A DNA stretch of 64,000 bases from Gemmatimonadales bacterium (GTDB lineage: Bacteria; Gemmatimonadota; Gemmatimonadetes; Gemmatimonadales; GWC2-71-9): positions 6,560-70,559 of the forward strand of contig JBBDNM010000053.1 of NCBI GenBank assembly GCA_040877595.1. Direction: 5' to 3'. Below, one piece after another: positions 15,139 through 25,935 of the stretch. The stretch's first letter is position 1. Each line of letters starts with the position of its first letter. A model generated the notes under the pieces. That model searched no databases. It worked only from the letters and a program-made list of their open reading frames with translations, and had not been told where the DNA came from. The translations under genes and the position numbers were made by a program.

Positions 15139-16815
15139 ATGGGTTTCTTTGTTCATCTCCACCGGCGGCGGCCTCGGTCCATCCCGGTGGTGATGCTGCT
15201 CTCGGTGGCGCTGTTGCTGGCCGGCGTACTGGCCTACAACGCGCAGGACGCCGCCCGCTCCCACCGCCGCACCGCGGAGGCCGCGTTGAACGACCACGCG
15301 ACGTTCGCGGCGTGGGAGTACGCCCGCCACGCCAAGCAGGCGCTATCCATGGATTTCTGGCCGCTCATCCGGCCGGTGTTCTACCACGAGCCGCCGGCAG
15401 ACGGTACTCTGCCGAGTCCCGCGATCCTCGCGCTGGGCTACAAGCGCATGCAGCCCTGCGTCTGCCCCTACCAGCCGCGGTTCTATTTCGCGGTGGACCT
15501 CCAGGGCGAGCGCATAACCGTCTCCAATCCCGACGTGGACGCCGACCTCGCGCGCTGGGTGCGCGATACAGTGGTCGCCCAGGCCAACACCGAGTATCGG
15601 CGCGAGTGGGAATACAGCATCGTCATTGCCCCCGCGCTCGGCCAGCCCCGCGTGGTGGTGTACACCGTCCGCTACGACAGCAAGAGCAAGCCGCTGCACG
15701 CGTACGGATTTGAACTCGGCACCGGTATCGTGCGGGCCGCCCTCGAGCGCACCTACGTCAGATCGGCATTGCTGCCGCCGGAGCTCACTGGAGCACGGCC
15801 GAACGACTCCCTGATGTCCGTGCAGGTGTCTGCTGGCAACGAGCAGTTGTACGCGTCCGGCCCCCAATACGATGCGCGGTTTGCCGCCACCGACAGCGTG
15901 GGCACGCCGATGGGGCGCACCGAAGTGCATCTGGCGCTGCGACCGGAGGCGGCCGAGGCCCTGTTGATCGGCGGGTTGCCCCGCTCCCGCCTGCCGTTGT
16001 TGGTGGGCGTGCTCCTGCTCACCGCCGGGCTGATTGCGGTCGCGGTAGTCCAACTGCGGCGCGAGCAGGAACTCTCCCGCGTGCGATCGGACTTCGTGTC
16101 CGGCGTGAGCCATGAACTGCGCACGCCGCTCGCACAGATTCGGATGTTCACGGAAACACTGCTGCTGGAACGCGTGCGGAGCCCGGAAGAAAAGGACCGC
16201 GCCCTCGATATCATCAATCGCGAGTCCCAGCGCCTGACGCACCTGGTCGAGAACGTGCTGCAGTTCTCGCGCGCCGAGCGCGACGCCGTGCAGCTGGCGC
16301 CCGAAACGGTGCGGCTCGACCAATTGCTGCGTGATACAGCCGACATGTTCCAGCCGCTCGCCAAGGCCAAGCGCTGCCGGGTCGCCACGCTGATCGAAGA
16401 CCCGATGCTCATCGTGGTGGACCCGAACGCCATCCGGCAGGTGGTCTTGAACCTGCTCGACAACGCCCTCAAGTACGGTCCGGCCGACCAGACGGTGACC
16501 GTGACGCTGCGCATCGAAGAAGCGGTCGCCCGCATCACGGTGGACGATCAGGGTCCCGGCATTCCGCCCGCCGATCGCGAGCGCATCTGGGACCCGTTCT
16601 GGCGTCTGCCGCGGGAGTCCGCCTCGGCGGTGGGCGGAAGCGGCATCGGGCTCGCCGTGGTGCGCGAGCTGGTGGCGATGCAGGGCGGTACGACACGCGT
16701 GCTTGATGCGCCCGGTGGCGGTGCGCGATTTGCAATTCGATTGCCGGGCGCTCGGCCCGTCACGTCGCCCGGCGGGTTGCCGGCGGTGGCACGGCCTGCC
16801 GCAGCGGAGGTCTGA
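15139..16815 (+). CDS. Sensor histidine kinase (HisKA + HATPase_c)
   Basis: H-box SHELRTPLAQI, N-box LLDNALKYG, and G-boxes DQGPGIP and GGSGIGLAVV. Two TM segments flank a periplasmic region. Confidence 0.9.
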   Translation: MGFFVHLHRRRPRSIPVVMLLSVALLLAGVLAYNAQDAARSHRRTAEAALNDHATFAAWEYARHAKQALSMDFWPLIRPVFYHEPPADGTLPSPAILALGYKRMQPCVCPYQPRFYFAVDLQGERITVSNPDVDADLARWVRDTVVAQANTEYRREWEYSIVIAPALGQPRVVVYTVRYDSKSKPLHAYGFELGTGIVRAALERTYVRSALLPPELTGARPNDSLMSVQVSAGNEQLYASGPQYDARFAATDSVGTPMGRTEVHLALRPEAAEALLIGGLPRSRLPLLVGVLLLTAGLIAVAVVQLRREQELSRVRSDFVSGVSHELRTPLAQIRMFTETLLLERVRSPEEKDRALDIINRESQRLTHLVENVLQFSRAERDAVQLAPETVRLDQLLRDTADMFQPLAKAKRCRVATLIEDPMLIVVDPNAIRQVVLNLLDNALKYGPADQTVTVTLRIEEAVARITVDDQGPGIPPADRERIWDPFWRLPRESASAVGGSGIGLAVVRELVAMQGGTTRVLDAPGGGARFAIRLPGARPVTSPGGLPAVARPAAAEV

Positions 16816-17501
16816 TGAGTTTCCGCATCCTGCTCGTGGAAGACAACGTGGACCTGGCCTATGGTCTGCGCAACAACCTCGAAATCGAAGGCTACGAAGT
16901 CGAAGTGGCCGGGGACGGGCAGGTGGGACTCGATCGCGCCCGCGCGACGCCGCCCGATTTGATGGTGCTCGACCTGATGTTGCCCGCCCTGGACGGCTTT
17001 CGCGTCCTCAAGCATCTGCGCGAGGATGGCGCCAAGTACCCGATCCTGATCTTGACCGCGCGCGGCGAGGAAGCCGACAAGGTGCAGGGACTCAAGCTCG
17101 GTGCGGACGACTATGTCACGAAACCATTTGGCGTGCTCGAAGTACTTGCGCGCGTCGAGGCCTTGCTCCGGCGGACCGCCGGCGGCAACGGGGACGGTCA
17201 CGCCGTCACCACGTTCGGTGCTATCGAAGTAGACCACGCGACGCGCACGGTGAACCGTGCCGGCCAGGAGGTCCAGCTCACACCCAAGGAATACGACCTG
17301 CTCGCGATGCTGATCCGCCTGAACGGCGCGGTCGCGTCGCGGGTGGACTTGATGCAACAGGTCTGGGGCTACTCGGCGGCCGTACTCTCTCGCACGGTGG
17401 ACACGCATGTGGCCGAGCTGCGGCGGAAGCTGGAGCGGGACAGCGCGCATCCGGACCACATTCTGACAGTGCGGAAGGTGGGGTACCGACTGGAAAAATG
17501 A
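16815..17501 (+). CDS. OmpR/PhoB-family response regulator
   Basis: Receiver domain (LLVEDN...DLMVLDLMLP) plus winged-helix output (LTPKEYDLLAML...VRKVGYRL). 1-nt TGATG overlap with the kinase. Confidence 0.9.
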   Translation: MSFRILLVEDNVDLAYGLRNNLEIEGYEVEVAGDGQVGLDRARATPPDLMVLDLMLPALDGFRVLKHLREDGAKYPILILTARGEEADKVQGLKLGADDYVTKPFGVLEVLARVEALLRRTAGGNGDGHAVTTFGAIEVDHATRTVNRAGQEVQLTPKEYDLLAMLIRLNGAVASRVDLMQQVWGYSAAVLSRTVDTHVAELRRKLERDSAHPDHILTVRKVGYRLEK

Positions 17502-17625
17502 ATGTCGACATTCTCTGTTTGCTCACCTCCACCTGACCTTTCCCACACCGCAGCACAACCACGCTGACACCTGAAATCGGTACGATGTGGCCGGTTCATC
17601 GGTCCCCCTCGTCTCGGATGGTGTC

Positions 17626-18193
17626 ATGCGTCGTCTCGTGTCAGGTTGCGCGTTCGTGATGGCGGCCAGTGCGTCCGCCCAGCAGCAGGCCGTGGCCAAC
17701 CCGCAGCCCGCGCGGAGTGGCCGGCCACAGCTTGAAGCCGTGCGCCGCGATGCCGAAGTGCGCGTGGATGGGCGGCTTGATGAAACAGCATGGCAACGGG
17801 CCCCGGTGGCCAGTGGGTTCGTGCAATATGCGCCGACGCCCGGCGCAGCCCCAAGCCAGCGCACCGAGGTCCGTGTGCTGTATGACGACGACGCGCTCTG
17901 GATTGGCGCCCGGCTGTACGACACCGATCCCGCGGGAATCGTGGGCCGGCTGGGTCGGCGCGACTCCCACGCATGGATGACGATGAGCTCCGCGGTGGCC
18001 CGCCATCTACATGGGTGCGGAGACCGGCGGGTGGTTCTACGTCGAGACCGACCAGCGCAAGGCGATTTCGGGGTCGCTCAACATGAATGTCAACGTGGTC
18101 TTCGAGCGCGCGAACGCGATTTACTCGTTCAATCCGGCGTTGACGTTCCACGGGTCGGACCGGATCAAGGTGAGTTACTGGATCGGGCGGTGA
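17626..18193 (+). pseudogene. Internally deleted, frameshifted remnant of a CBM9-like/DUF5916-type outer-envelope protein
   Basis: Signal peptide plus an N-terminal CBM9-like block (VDGRLDETAWQRAPVASGFVQYAPTPGAAPSQRTEVRVLYDDDALWIGARLYDTDP..RLGRRD), lost at about 17970. A different frame (about 17987-18193) encodes only a barrel-like C-terminal tail ending KVSYWIGR. Full-length relatives are, from memory, about 800-900 aa. Confidence 0.5.
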
Positions 18194-18313
18194 CGCCCGC
18201 CGAGTTGCCGGGGATCGGGGGGCGGACGATGCGCCCCTTGCGGAGTCGTGGCACGCGGTTGCATATGACACCCTTCGTTTGTCGCCAATGATGCACACGA
18301 CAAGGAGAGAGGG

Positions 18314-19213
18314 ATGTCGGACCGGCGGGATCTGGACTTCACCTACTCGCTCATTGACCGGATCTTCCGCCTGAGCCTGGGGGAGACGGCCGACTACAGC
18401 GGGGCGATGTACGATGGCGATTTCTCCCTCAGCCTCGAGGAAGCACAGGCCCGGAAACACGCCTACATCGTCCGCCACCTGGGCATCGGCCCCCGAACGC
18501 GCATGCTGGACCTGAGCTGCGGGTGGGGGCCGCTGCTGCGATACGTCAGGGACCTCGGCGCCGAGGGTGCGGGCCTCAACCTCTCGCGCGCTCAGGTAGC
18601 GGCATGCCGGAAGCAGGGACTCGACGTCCACCTGATGGACTGCCGAACCATCGAACGGGACACGCTCGGCGGCTTTGACGCGGTCGCGAGCGTCGGGGGC
18701 TGCGAGCACTTCTGCTCCCCCGACGACTATCGGGCGGGAAAACAGGAGGCCATCTATCACGACCTGTTCCGGCGGGTGGCGCAGCTGCTCCCGGAGCACG
18801 GGCGCTTCTACCTTCAGACCATGGTGTTCGGCCGGAACATGGTGTCGGCGGATGAAATCGACCTCAACGCCCCGCGCGATTCGGACGGATTCTACCTGGC
18901 CCTAATGGACAAGCAGTTCCCCGGCTCCTGGCTGCCCTACGGCAAGGAGCAGCTCGAGACCGCCGCCAAACCGTACTTCCAGCTGCTCTCGGCCAGCAGT
19001 GGACGTCTCGATTACATCGAGACCATCCGGCAATGGCGCCGGCGCTTCGCGGAACCCAGCCTGCGGAAGAGGCTGCTCAAGCTGTCGCTGCTGCCGCGAT
19101 ACCTCCTGAGCCGCGACTTCCGGCTGGCGTTCGCGACCGGCATCAGTTCCAACAGCGTGTGCTTCGAGCGCGAGCTGATGGATCACTACCGGCTGGTGTT
19201 CGAAAAGCGGTAA
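18314..19213 (+). CDS. SAM-dependent methyltransferase of the cyclopropane-fatty-acyl-phospholipid/mycolic-acid synthase family
   Basis: RMLDLSCGWGPLLRYV motif I. Family-typical HF...Y..FF...LL.P.G pattern. 299 aa. Confidence 0.75.
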   Translation: MSDRRDLDFTYSLIDRIFRLSLGETADYSGAMYDGDFSLSLEEAQARKHAYIVRHLGIGPRTRMLDLSCGWGPLLRYVRDLGAEGAGLNLSRAQVAACRKQGLDVHLMDCRTIERDTLGGFDAVASVGGCEHFCSPDDYRAGKQEAIYHDLFRRVAQLLPEHGRFYLQTMVFGRNMVSADEIDLNAPRDSDGFYLALMDKQFPGSWLPYGKEQLETAAKPYFQLLSASSGRLDYIETIRQWRRRFAEPSLRKRLLKLSLLPRYLLSRDFRLAFATGISSNSVCFERELMDHYRLVFEKR

Positions 19214-19313
19214 CCGCGACCGCGCCGCACCACCCCGCCGCCCGGCCACTCCGTTGCGCCAACGCCGCGCCGCCGGATAGCTTGGTGCGCCTCCTTCCCA
19301 AGCGGCGTGCGAC

Positions 19314-20579
19314 GTGCAACTCCATAACAAGATCCTCCTCGGCCTGTTCGTCGGCGCCGTCGCCGGTGTCACGGCTAATACCTTCGCCGCTGACGCGGTC
19401 TGGCTCAATTGGATCATTGATAACGTCGCCAACCCGGTCGGGCAGGTCTTCCTGCGCATGCTGCTCATGACCGTGGTGCCGCTCGTCTTCGCCTCCATCA
19501 CGCTCGGCGTCGCGGGCATCGGGAACATCAAGCACCTGGGGGGCATCGGGGGGCGCACGCTCGCGTACTTCCTGTTCTCCACCACCGTGTCGGTGGTCAT
19601 CGGGCTCACGCTGGTCAACACCTTTCATCCCGGCGCGGGGCTCGACCCGGCCCTGCGCCAACAGTTGATGGACACGTATCAGACCCAGACCGAAGGTCTC
19701 CAGCAGCGTGAAGTGGCGCTCGACGTCTCCTTGCTCGTGAACATGGTGCCTCGCAACGCCGTCCAGGCGGCCGCCAATATGGACATGCTGGCGGTCATCT
19801 TCTTCTCGATCGTCTTCGGGGCCGCGCTGACCTTGATTTCCAAGGACCGCGCCGCGCCCATGCTGCGGTTGCTCGAGGCGTTGGGCGACGTGGTCATCAA
19901 GATCATTGACTTCGCCATGAAGCTCGCGCCGTACGGCGTGTTCGGGCTCATCTTCGTGGTGACCAGCCGGTTTGGCTGGAACGTGCTCGGCGAGCTGGGC
20001 GGATACGTGGCGATCGTGGTGGCTGGCTTGTTCATTCACGGCGCGGTCGGCCTGTCCCTGTTTGTGAAGTTCTTTGCCCGCCGGAGCCCCCTCGAGTTCT
20101 GGAAGAAAATCCGGGCTGTCATGGTCACCGCCTTCTCCACGAGCTCCAGCAACGCGACCCTCCCGACCAGCATCAAAGTGGCCGAGGAGGAGCTCGGCAT
20201 CAGCCCCAAAGTGGCCGGATTTGTGCTCCCGTTGGGCGCCACAATGAACATGAACGGGACTTCGCTGTATGAAGGCATCACGGTCCTGTTTCTGGCCCAG
20301 GTGTTCGGGGTGGACCTCAACGTCGGGCAGCAGCTGGTCGTATTGCTGCTGTCGGTGATCACGGCGGTTGGAGCGGCGGGCGTACCGGGTGGTTCGCTCC
20401 CCCTCATCATGGTCATGCTGGCGACCGTCGGTGTCCCTGCGGAGGGGATAGGCATCATTCTGGGCGTGGACCGGATTCTGGATATGTGCCGGACCACTGT
20501 GAACGTCGCGGGCGACCTCTCGGCGGCCGCATACATTGATCGCATCGAACGGCGGCCGGAGGCAACGACGGCCGCGTAG
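19314..20579 (+). CDS. Dicarboxylate/amino acid:cation symporter (DAACS, GltP/GltT-like)
   Basis: 421 aa. Motifs FSTSSSNATLPT and GATMNMNGTSLYEGI, with the TVNVAGD region typical of the SDF family. Confidence 0.9.
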   Translation: MQLHNKILLGLFVGAVAGVTANTFAADAVWLNWIIDNVANPVGQVFLRMLLMTVVPLVFASITLGVAGIGNIKHLGGIGGRTLAYFLFSTTVSVVIGLTLVNTFHPGAGLDPALRQQLMDTYQTQTEGLQQREVALDVSLLVNMVPRNAVQAAANMDMLAVIFFSIVFGAALTLISKDRAAPMLRLLEALGDVVIKIIDFAMKLAPYGVFGLIFVVTSRFGWNVLGELGGYVAIVVAGLFIHGAVGLSLFVKFFARRSPLEFWKKIRAVMVTAFSTSSSNATLPTSIKVAEEELGISPKVAGFVLPLGATMNMNGTSLYEGITVLFLAQVFGVDLNVGQQLVVLLLSVITAVGAAGVPGGSLPLIMVMLATVGVPAEGIGIILGVDRILDMCRTTVNVAGDLSAAAYIDRIERRPEATTAA

Positions 20580-20590
20580 GAGATCGCGCG

Positions 20591-22684
20591 GTGTCCGTGT
20601 TGACCATCCTGCTTGCCCTGGCCGCTCCACAAACCTGTGTGGACGACGGTCTGCAATCATTACGTGGCGTGGAGTCTCGGGCGGATACGCTTCGCCTTGG
20701 GGACGAGTGGGCAACGGCAGCCCGGGGCGGGGGCGATTGCGCTGAGTTCCTTGCCGGGTACGTCATCGCCCTCACCTCCTCGGCCTCCGAGAACGAGTGG
20801 GAACGCCGCCAGCAGGGGGCGGCCTGGCTCGAGGAAGCCCAACGCAACTTCCAGGATGAGCCCAGGACCTACCTCGGTTTGGGCCTCCTGCTGTACTACC
20901 GCCAGTCGCGCACGGACGCCCGCCGCATGTTCGGCCGGGCCATGGACCGCTCGGGGCGGGCGACCCCCCTGTCCGCGCGGGAACGCGCTCTGGTCCATTA
21001 TACCCGCGGCATGATCCACGCCGATTTCTGGCGCGACTTCCGCAGCTACGGCGAACTTGCGACCTCCAGCCGCGGCCAATGGCACTGCGGCCGGTACGAA
21101 AACCCCGTCACCGACAACTTTTCGGGCAGCTCCGCCGACCTGGGCTGGCTGGCCGACCTGAACCTGCTGTGTCCCGAACTGTTCGAACGGAACATGGCGC
21201 GGTACTTCCTGCCGCGGTCCAACCTGCGCCGGGACGATCTGGCCGGGCTGATCACCGAATTCACGCTCGCGTTCGAAACCGACACCACGTTTGCACGGCC
21301 GCTCGAGGCCCTGCTCGGCGAGCTCGTGTATCTCGAGCGGTGGGCTGAGGCGGACTCCATCGTGCAACGCCTTCAGGCGGCGTTCCCTGATGCGGCGGAG
21401 CCGCTGTTGTACTTCGGCCTGGTGCGGCATGGGTTGGGTGACGACCGCGCAGCCTCCATCGCCTTCTCGCGGGGGTTCGGCCGCATGCCCGATGAGCAGA
21501 TCCGGGGGTACGGTGACATCGGTCAGCTGCTTCCGCCGGCCCAGAGTGCCCAGTATGCCACGGCCGACACGACACAGCAGGCCCGGTTCGCGGCGGCCTA
21601 CTGGAACGCCCTGGATCCCCTGTATCTCACACCGGTCAATGAGCGGCGTGTGGCCCACTATGCGCGGGTCGTCGCCGCCGACCTGATGTTCACCGCGGCG
21701 GCGACACGCGTGCGCGGTCGGGACACGTTTGCGGGGCAGGTGTGGATTCGCTATGGGCGACCGCTGACGATGCGCGAGGTGACACTCGCCAGCGGGCGCT
21801 TGGCCTTCTGGGATTTCGGACCCGGACCGGATATCGCGATGACGCGCGCGACCGCGTACCAGGGCTATCGGCCCACGGATGCCGCGGTGGAGTATGCGGA
21901 ACGCTTGCGTCGGGCGTCGCCGCAAACGTACCAGCCCACGTTTGCGGATTCAGTCGAGCCGATGGGCCTCCAGCTGGTTCGATCCGTGGGCACCGATCGG
22001 GCGCCGTCGCTGTTGATCCTCGCCGAATGGCCCGAGCACTTGGCGGGTGGCGAGGGTGGACTGGTGTTGCTGGATCCAGGCTATCAGCCGGCCGCGCAGT
22101 GGCGCGGCCCCCGGCCCGAGTCGGGCGGCATCCGTAGTGAACTGCAGCGGATCCCGCCGGGCCTGTACAACGTGTCGGTCGAGATTCTGGATCGGACGAA
22201 TCGCCGGTTCGCCCGTGCGCGCGATACGGTGACAGCGACCGTAGCCGACACCGGGTTCGGCGTGTCCGACATCGTGTTGGCGCGTGGAGCCGGTGGCGGC
22301 AATCGCGCAGCGAGCTTTGGCGAGCTGAACCTCGATCCCCGATTCGCCCCCGTGGTGCGTCGCCGAGAGGCGCTGGTGATCGCCTGGGAAGCGTGGTTGT
22401 TCTCTGGTGCCGACGTCATCAGCTATCAAGTAGAGCTGGAACTGCAGGATGCGAGCCGCCGGCCGGTCTTGGCCCGCATTCTGGGTGGGGTCGGCATTGG
22501 TGGAGACCGTGAGCCCGCGACCCGGATCAGCTTCCCAAGCGAGCGCCCGCTGGCCAACGGCAAGACCGCCGAGTGGGTCTCGCTCGGCACCGACCTGAAC
22601 CCCGGCGACTATTTGTTGGTGATGCGATTCCGCGCAAACGGACGCCAGATTGTGCGGGAACGGGCGGTAACGATTCGGGAGTAG
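20591..22684 (+). CDS. GWxTD-domain protein
   Basis: Signal-like N-terminus, TPR-like helices, and FAAAYWNALDPLYLTPVNERRVAHYARV ... RGRDTFAGQVWIRYGRP (GWxTD-type core). Paralogue at 62277-64000. Confidence 0.65.
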   Translation: MSVLTILLALAAPQTCVDDGLQSLRGVESRADTLRLGDEWATAARGGGDCAEFLAGYVIALTSSASENEWERRQQGAAWLEEAQRNFQDEPRTYLGLGLLLYYRQSRTDARRMFGRAMDRSGRATPLSARERALVHYTRGMIHADFWRDFRSYGELATSSRGQWHCGRYENPVTDNFSGSSADLGWLADLNLLCPELFERNMARYFLPRSNLRRDDLAGLITEFTLAFETDTTFARPLEALLGELVYLERWAEADSIVQRLQAAFPDAAEPLLYFGLVRHGLGDDRAASIAFSRGFGRMPDEQIRGYGDIGQLLPPAQSAQYATADTTQQARFAAAYWNALDPLYLTPVNERRVAHYARVVAADLMFTAAATRVRGRDTFAGQVWIRYGRPLTMREVTLASGRLAFWDFGPGPDIAMTRATAYQGYRPTDAAVEYAERLRRASPQTYQPTFADSVEPMGLQLVRSVGTDRAPSLLILAEWPEHLAGGEGGLVLLDPGYQPAAQWRGPRPESGGIRSELQRIPPGLYNVSVEILDRTNRRFARARDTVTATVADTGFGVSDIVLARGAGGGNRAASFGELNLDPRFAPVVRRREALVIAWEAWLFSGADVISYQVELELQDASRRPVLARILGGVGIGGDREPATRISFPSERPLANGKTAEWVSLGTDLNPGDYLLVMRFRANGRQIVRERAVTIRE

Positions 22685-22709
22685 GTCGGAAGGAGGACGG
22701 CTCCGTCGG

Positions 22710-23714
<1,005 letters not shown>

Positions 23715-23750
23715 GGGCTGTGCGTTCACGTAGCTCCCGCCGCAGGCTAG

Positions 23751-23824
<74 letters not shown>

Positions 23825-23935
23825 CTACCCCCCAAAATGCCCGGATGTTCAATGAATTCCAACCCTGCTGACTACTTCCGGACCGCCCCCGGTTTGCTTG
23901 CGCATTTTTTCACAAGGGCTAGATTCCGGCCGCTG

Positions 23936-24178
23936 ATGGCGCAGAACGGGCAGAAAAACACAGGCCTTGGTGCCGCCTACGCTCGGGCCGCACTAGGGAT
24001 GCAGTTTGCCGGTGGGGTGATGGTGTTTACCGGCGTCGGATATGCCCTGGACCGGTGGCTCGGCATCTTGCCGTGGCTCACGGTCGCGGGCGCCCTGATT
24101 GGCGCTACCTTAAGCTTTCTGAACGTGTTCTTCCGGATTCGCGCCGAAGACGAGGCCCGCAAGCAGGCCCGTAAGTGA
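23936..24178 (+). CDS. AtpZ/AtpI-family small membrane protein of the ATP synthase operon
   Basis: 80 aa. GVGYALDRWLGILPWLTVAGALIGATLSFLNVF is typical of the AtpZ family. GTGA overlap with the next ORF. Confidence 0.6.
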   Translation: MAQNGQKNTGLGAAYARAALGMQFAGGVMVFTGVGYALDRWLGILPWLTVAGALIGATLSFLNVFFRIRAEDEARKQARK

Positions 24179-24519
24179 TCGCGGCCTTGCTGGGTGGCCT
24201 GGGCCTCACCGCCATCATGGTGGCGCTGTTGTGGGCCGTCTGGGGTGTCGATACGCTGGTCGCGGCGGTGACGTTCGGCCTGGTGGCCACGGCCATCCAG
24301 ATTGCCTCGGCGTGGCTGGTTCAGCCGGTAGCGCACGCGCCATTCCCGCTGTTGATTCGGCGGTGGAGTATCGGGATGGGGTTGCGGGTGCTGGGGATTG
24401 CCGCCTTCGGCATCGCCAGCTGGACCGTACCGGAGCTGTTCCCGCCGCTACCCGCAGCCTTCGCGTACCTGGGGGTGGTTGTCCCCCTGCTGTTTCTGGA
24501 GATCCGGTTCCTCAGATGA
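24175..24519 (+). CDS. ATP synthase protein I-like hydrophobic protein
   Basis: 114 aa with 4 hydrophobic helices. Position is immediately upstream of atpB, with an ATGA overlap. Confidence 0.5.
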   Translation: MIAALLGGLGLTAIMVALLWAVWGVDTLVAAVTFGLVATAIQIASAWLVQPVAHAPFPLLIRRWSIGMGLRVLGIAAFGIASWTVPELFPPLPAAFAYLGVVVPLLFLEIRFLR

Positions 24520-25388
24520 TGCAGCAAGAAGCGCACAACGCAGAACTGAACATCGGCGAGATGGTCATGCACCATACCGCCGACGCGTATGCCATTGGTA
24601 TCGAGCCATTCTTCTCGTATCACTGGAACCGGTGGCCCGACCTGCATCTGGGCCCCCTGACGGTCAACCTGACCCCCACCAAGCACGTCATCTTCCTGGT
24701 GCTGGCGGCGGCCCTCGTCTTCCTGACCATGTGGATGGCGGGACGCTCGCTCACGCGCCAGCGTGCCCACGAGAAAGCGCCGAAGGGGTTTGCCAACGCG
24801 ATCGAAGCCATGGTGCTGTTCGTCCGCAATGACATGGCGATTGCCAACATCGGCCACGACGGCGCCAAGTTCGCGCCCTACATCATGGCCGTGTTCTTCT
24901 TCATTCTGTACATGAACGTGCTGGGCCTGATGCCGCACGGCGCGACCGCGACGGGCAACCTCGCCGTGACCGGCGCCCTGGCCGTCATCACGATGGTCAC
25001 GGTCGAGATCGGCGGGATGCTGAAGCTCGGGCCCAAGGGGTACATGCACACCATCTTCCCGAACATCCCGGGTGTGAAAGGGCCGATGGCGGTCGTGATG
25101 TCCATCGCCATGGCGCCCATCGAGGTAATCGGCAAGCTGGTGAAGCCGTTTGCCTTGGCTGTGCGGTTGTTCGGCAACATGACGGCCGGCCATTTCGTGA
25201 TCCTGTCGCTGTTCGGCGTGGTGTTCCTGTTCGGGACGCTGGGTGTCGCGAGCTGGGGCATCGGCATCGCGACCGCCCTGCTGGTGGTCGGCATCATGCT
25301 GCTCGAGCTGTTTGTCGGGTTCTTGCAGGCGTATGTGTTCGCGCTGCTGTCGGCGGTCTTTATCGGGCTGATGCAGCACGAGCACTAG
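24516..25388 (+). CDS. atpB: F-type ATP synthase Fo subunit a
   Basis: Conserved LAVRLFGNMTAGH (essential Arg) and LQAYVFALLS motifs. 290 aa. Confidence 0.9.
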   Translation: MMQQEAHNAELNIGEMVMHHTADAYAIGIEPFFSYHWNRWPDLHLGPLTVNLTPTKHVIFLVLAAALVFLTMWMAGRSLTRQRAHEKAPKGFANAIEAMVLFVRNDMAIANIGHDGAKFAPYIMAVFFFILYMNVLGLMPHGATATGNLAVTGALAVITMVTVEIGGMLKLGPKGYMHTIFPNIPGVKGPMAVVMSIAMAPIEVIGKLVKPFALAVRLFGNMTAGHFVILSLFGVVFLFGTLGVASWGIGIATALLVVGIMLLELFVGFLQAYVFALLSAVFIGLMQHEH

Positions 25389-25392
25389 AAGA

Positions 25393-25448
25393 GTGCGTAG
25401 TGGGGGGTGCGCGGAGGCCCCCCCACCACGCACCTCCGCACCACGCAC
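25393..25448 (+). other. GC-rich element with mutually exclusive hairpins directly after atpB
   Basis: GTGCGTAGTGGGGGG (25393-25407) is complementary to CCCCCCACCACGCAC (25419-25433; 14/15). GGTGCGCGGAGG (25406-25417) pairs with CCTCCGCACC (25433-25442). CCACGCAC is duplicated (25426-33 and 25441-48). Confidence 0.5.
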
Positions 25449-25632
25449 ATTCGAGTCCGCGTCGGCGCTTCGTCGTTGACTCGATAGGTACCCAGCCACG
25501 GAGCTGGGGAAGCCCATCGCCCGCAGGGGCATTGGTGGGCCGCCAGACACACCGACCGCCGGGAGACGGTCGCCTGTGCATGGGAAGCGCAACTGACACG
25601 CAATCTCCTCAAGGATCACAGGAGCAGGACAC

Positions 25633-25926
25633 ATGTTGATGAATCTGCTGGTAGCGGTGCAGGACACGGCCCAGGCGGCCACGGAAGTGGTCCACCTGTC
25701 GGTCGGCGACGGTCTGGCCCAGCTCGGCGCCGGTATCGGCATCGGGCTCGTCATTGTCGGCGCCGGTATTGGTTTGGGCCGCATCGGTGGCCAGACGGCC
25801 GAAGCCATGGCGCGTCAGCCGGAAGCCGGTGCCGACATTCGCGGCGCCACCCTGATTCTCGCGGTGCTGCTCGAAGGCGCCACGATCATCGCGCTCGTGT
25901 TCGCGCTGCTCTTCAAGCTGGCGTAA
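25633..25926 (+). CDS. atpE: F-type ATP synthase Fo subunit c
   Basis: GAGIGIGLVIVGAGIGLGRIGG glycine-rich helix 1, ARQPE loop, and carboxylate helix LLEGATIIALVFALL. Confidence 0.9.
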   Translation: MLMNLLVAVQDTAQAATEVVHLSVGDGLAQLGAGIGIGLVIVGAGIGLGRIGGQTAEAMARQPEAGADIRGATLILAVLLEGATIIALVFALLFKLA

Positions 25927-25935
25927 GGACAACCC

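Noticed and set aside
17500-17513. Perfect 14-bp palindrome GAATGTCGACATTC overlapping the response-regulator stop, as an intrinsic terminator or operator
   Set aside because: As a hairpin it gives only a 5-bp stem with a 4-nt loop and a weak TCTGTTT tail. With a single occurrence and no second site I cannot distinguish function from chance.
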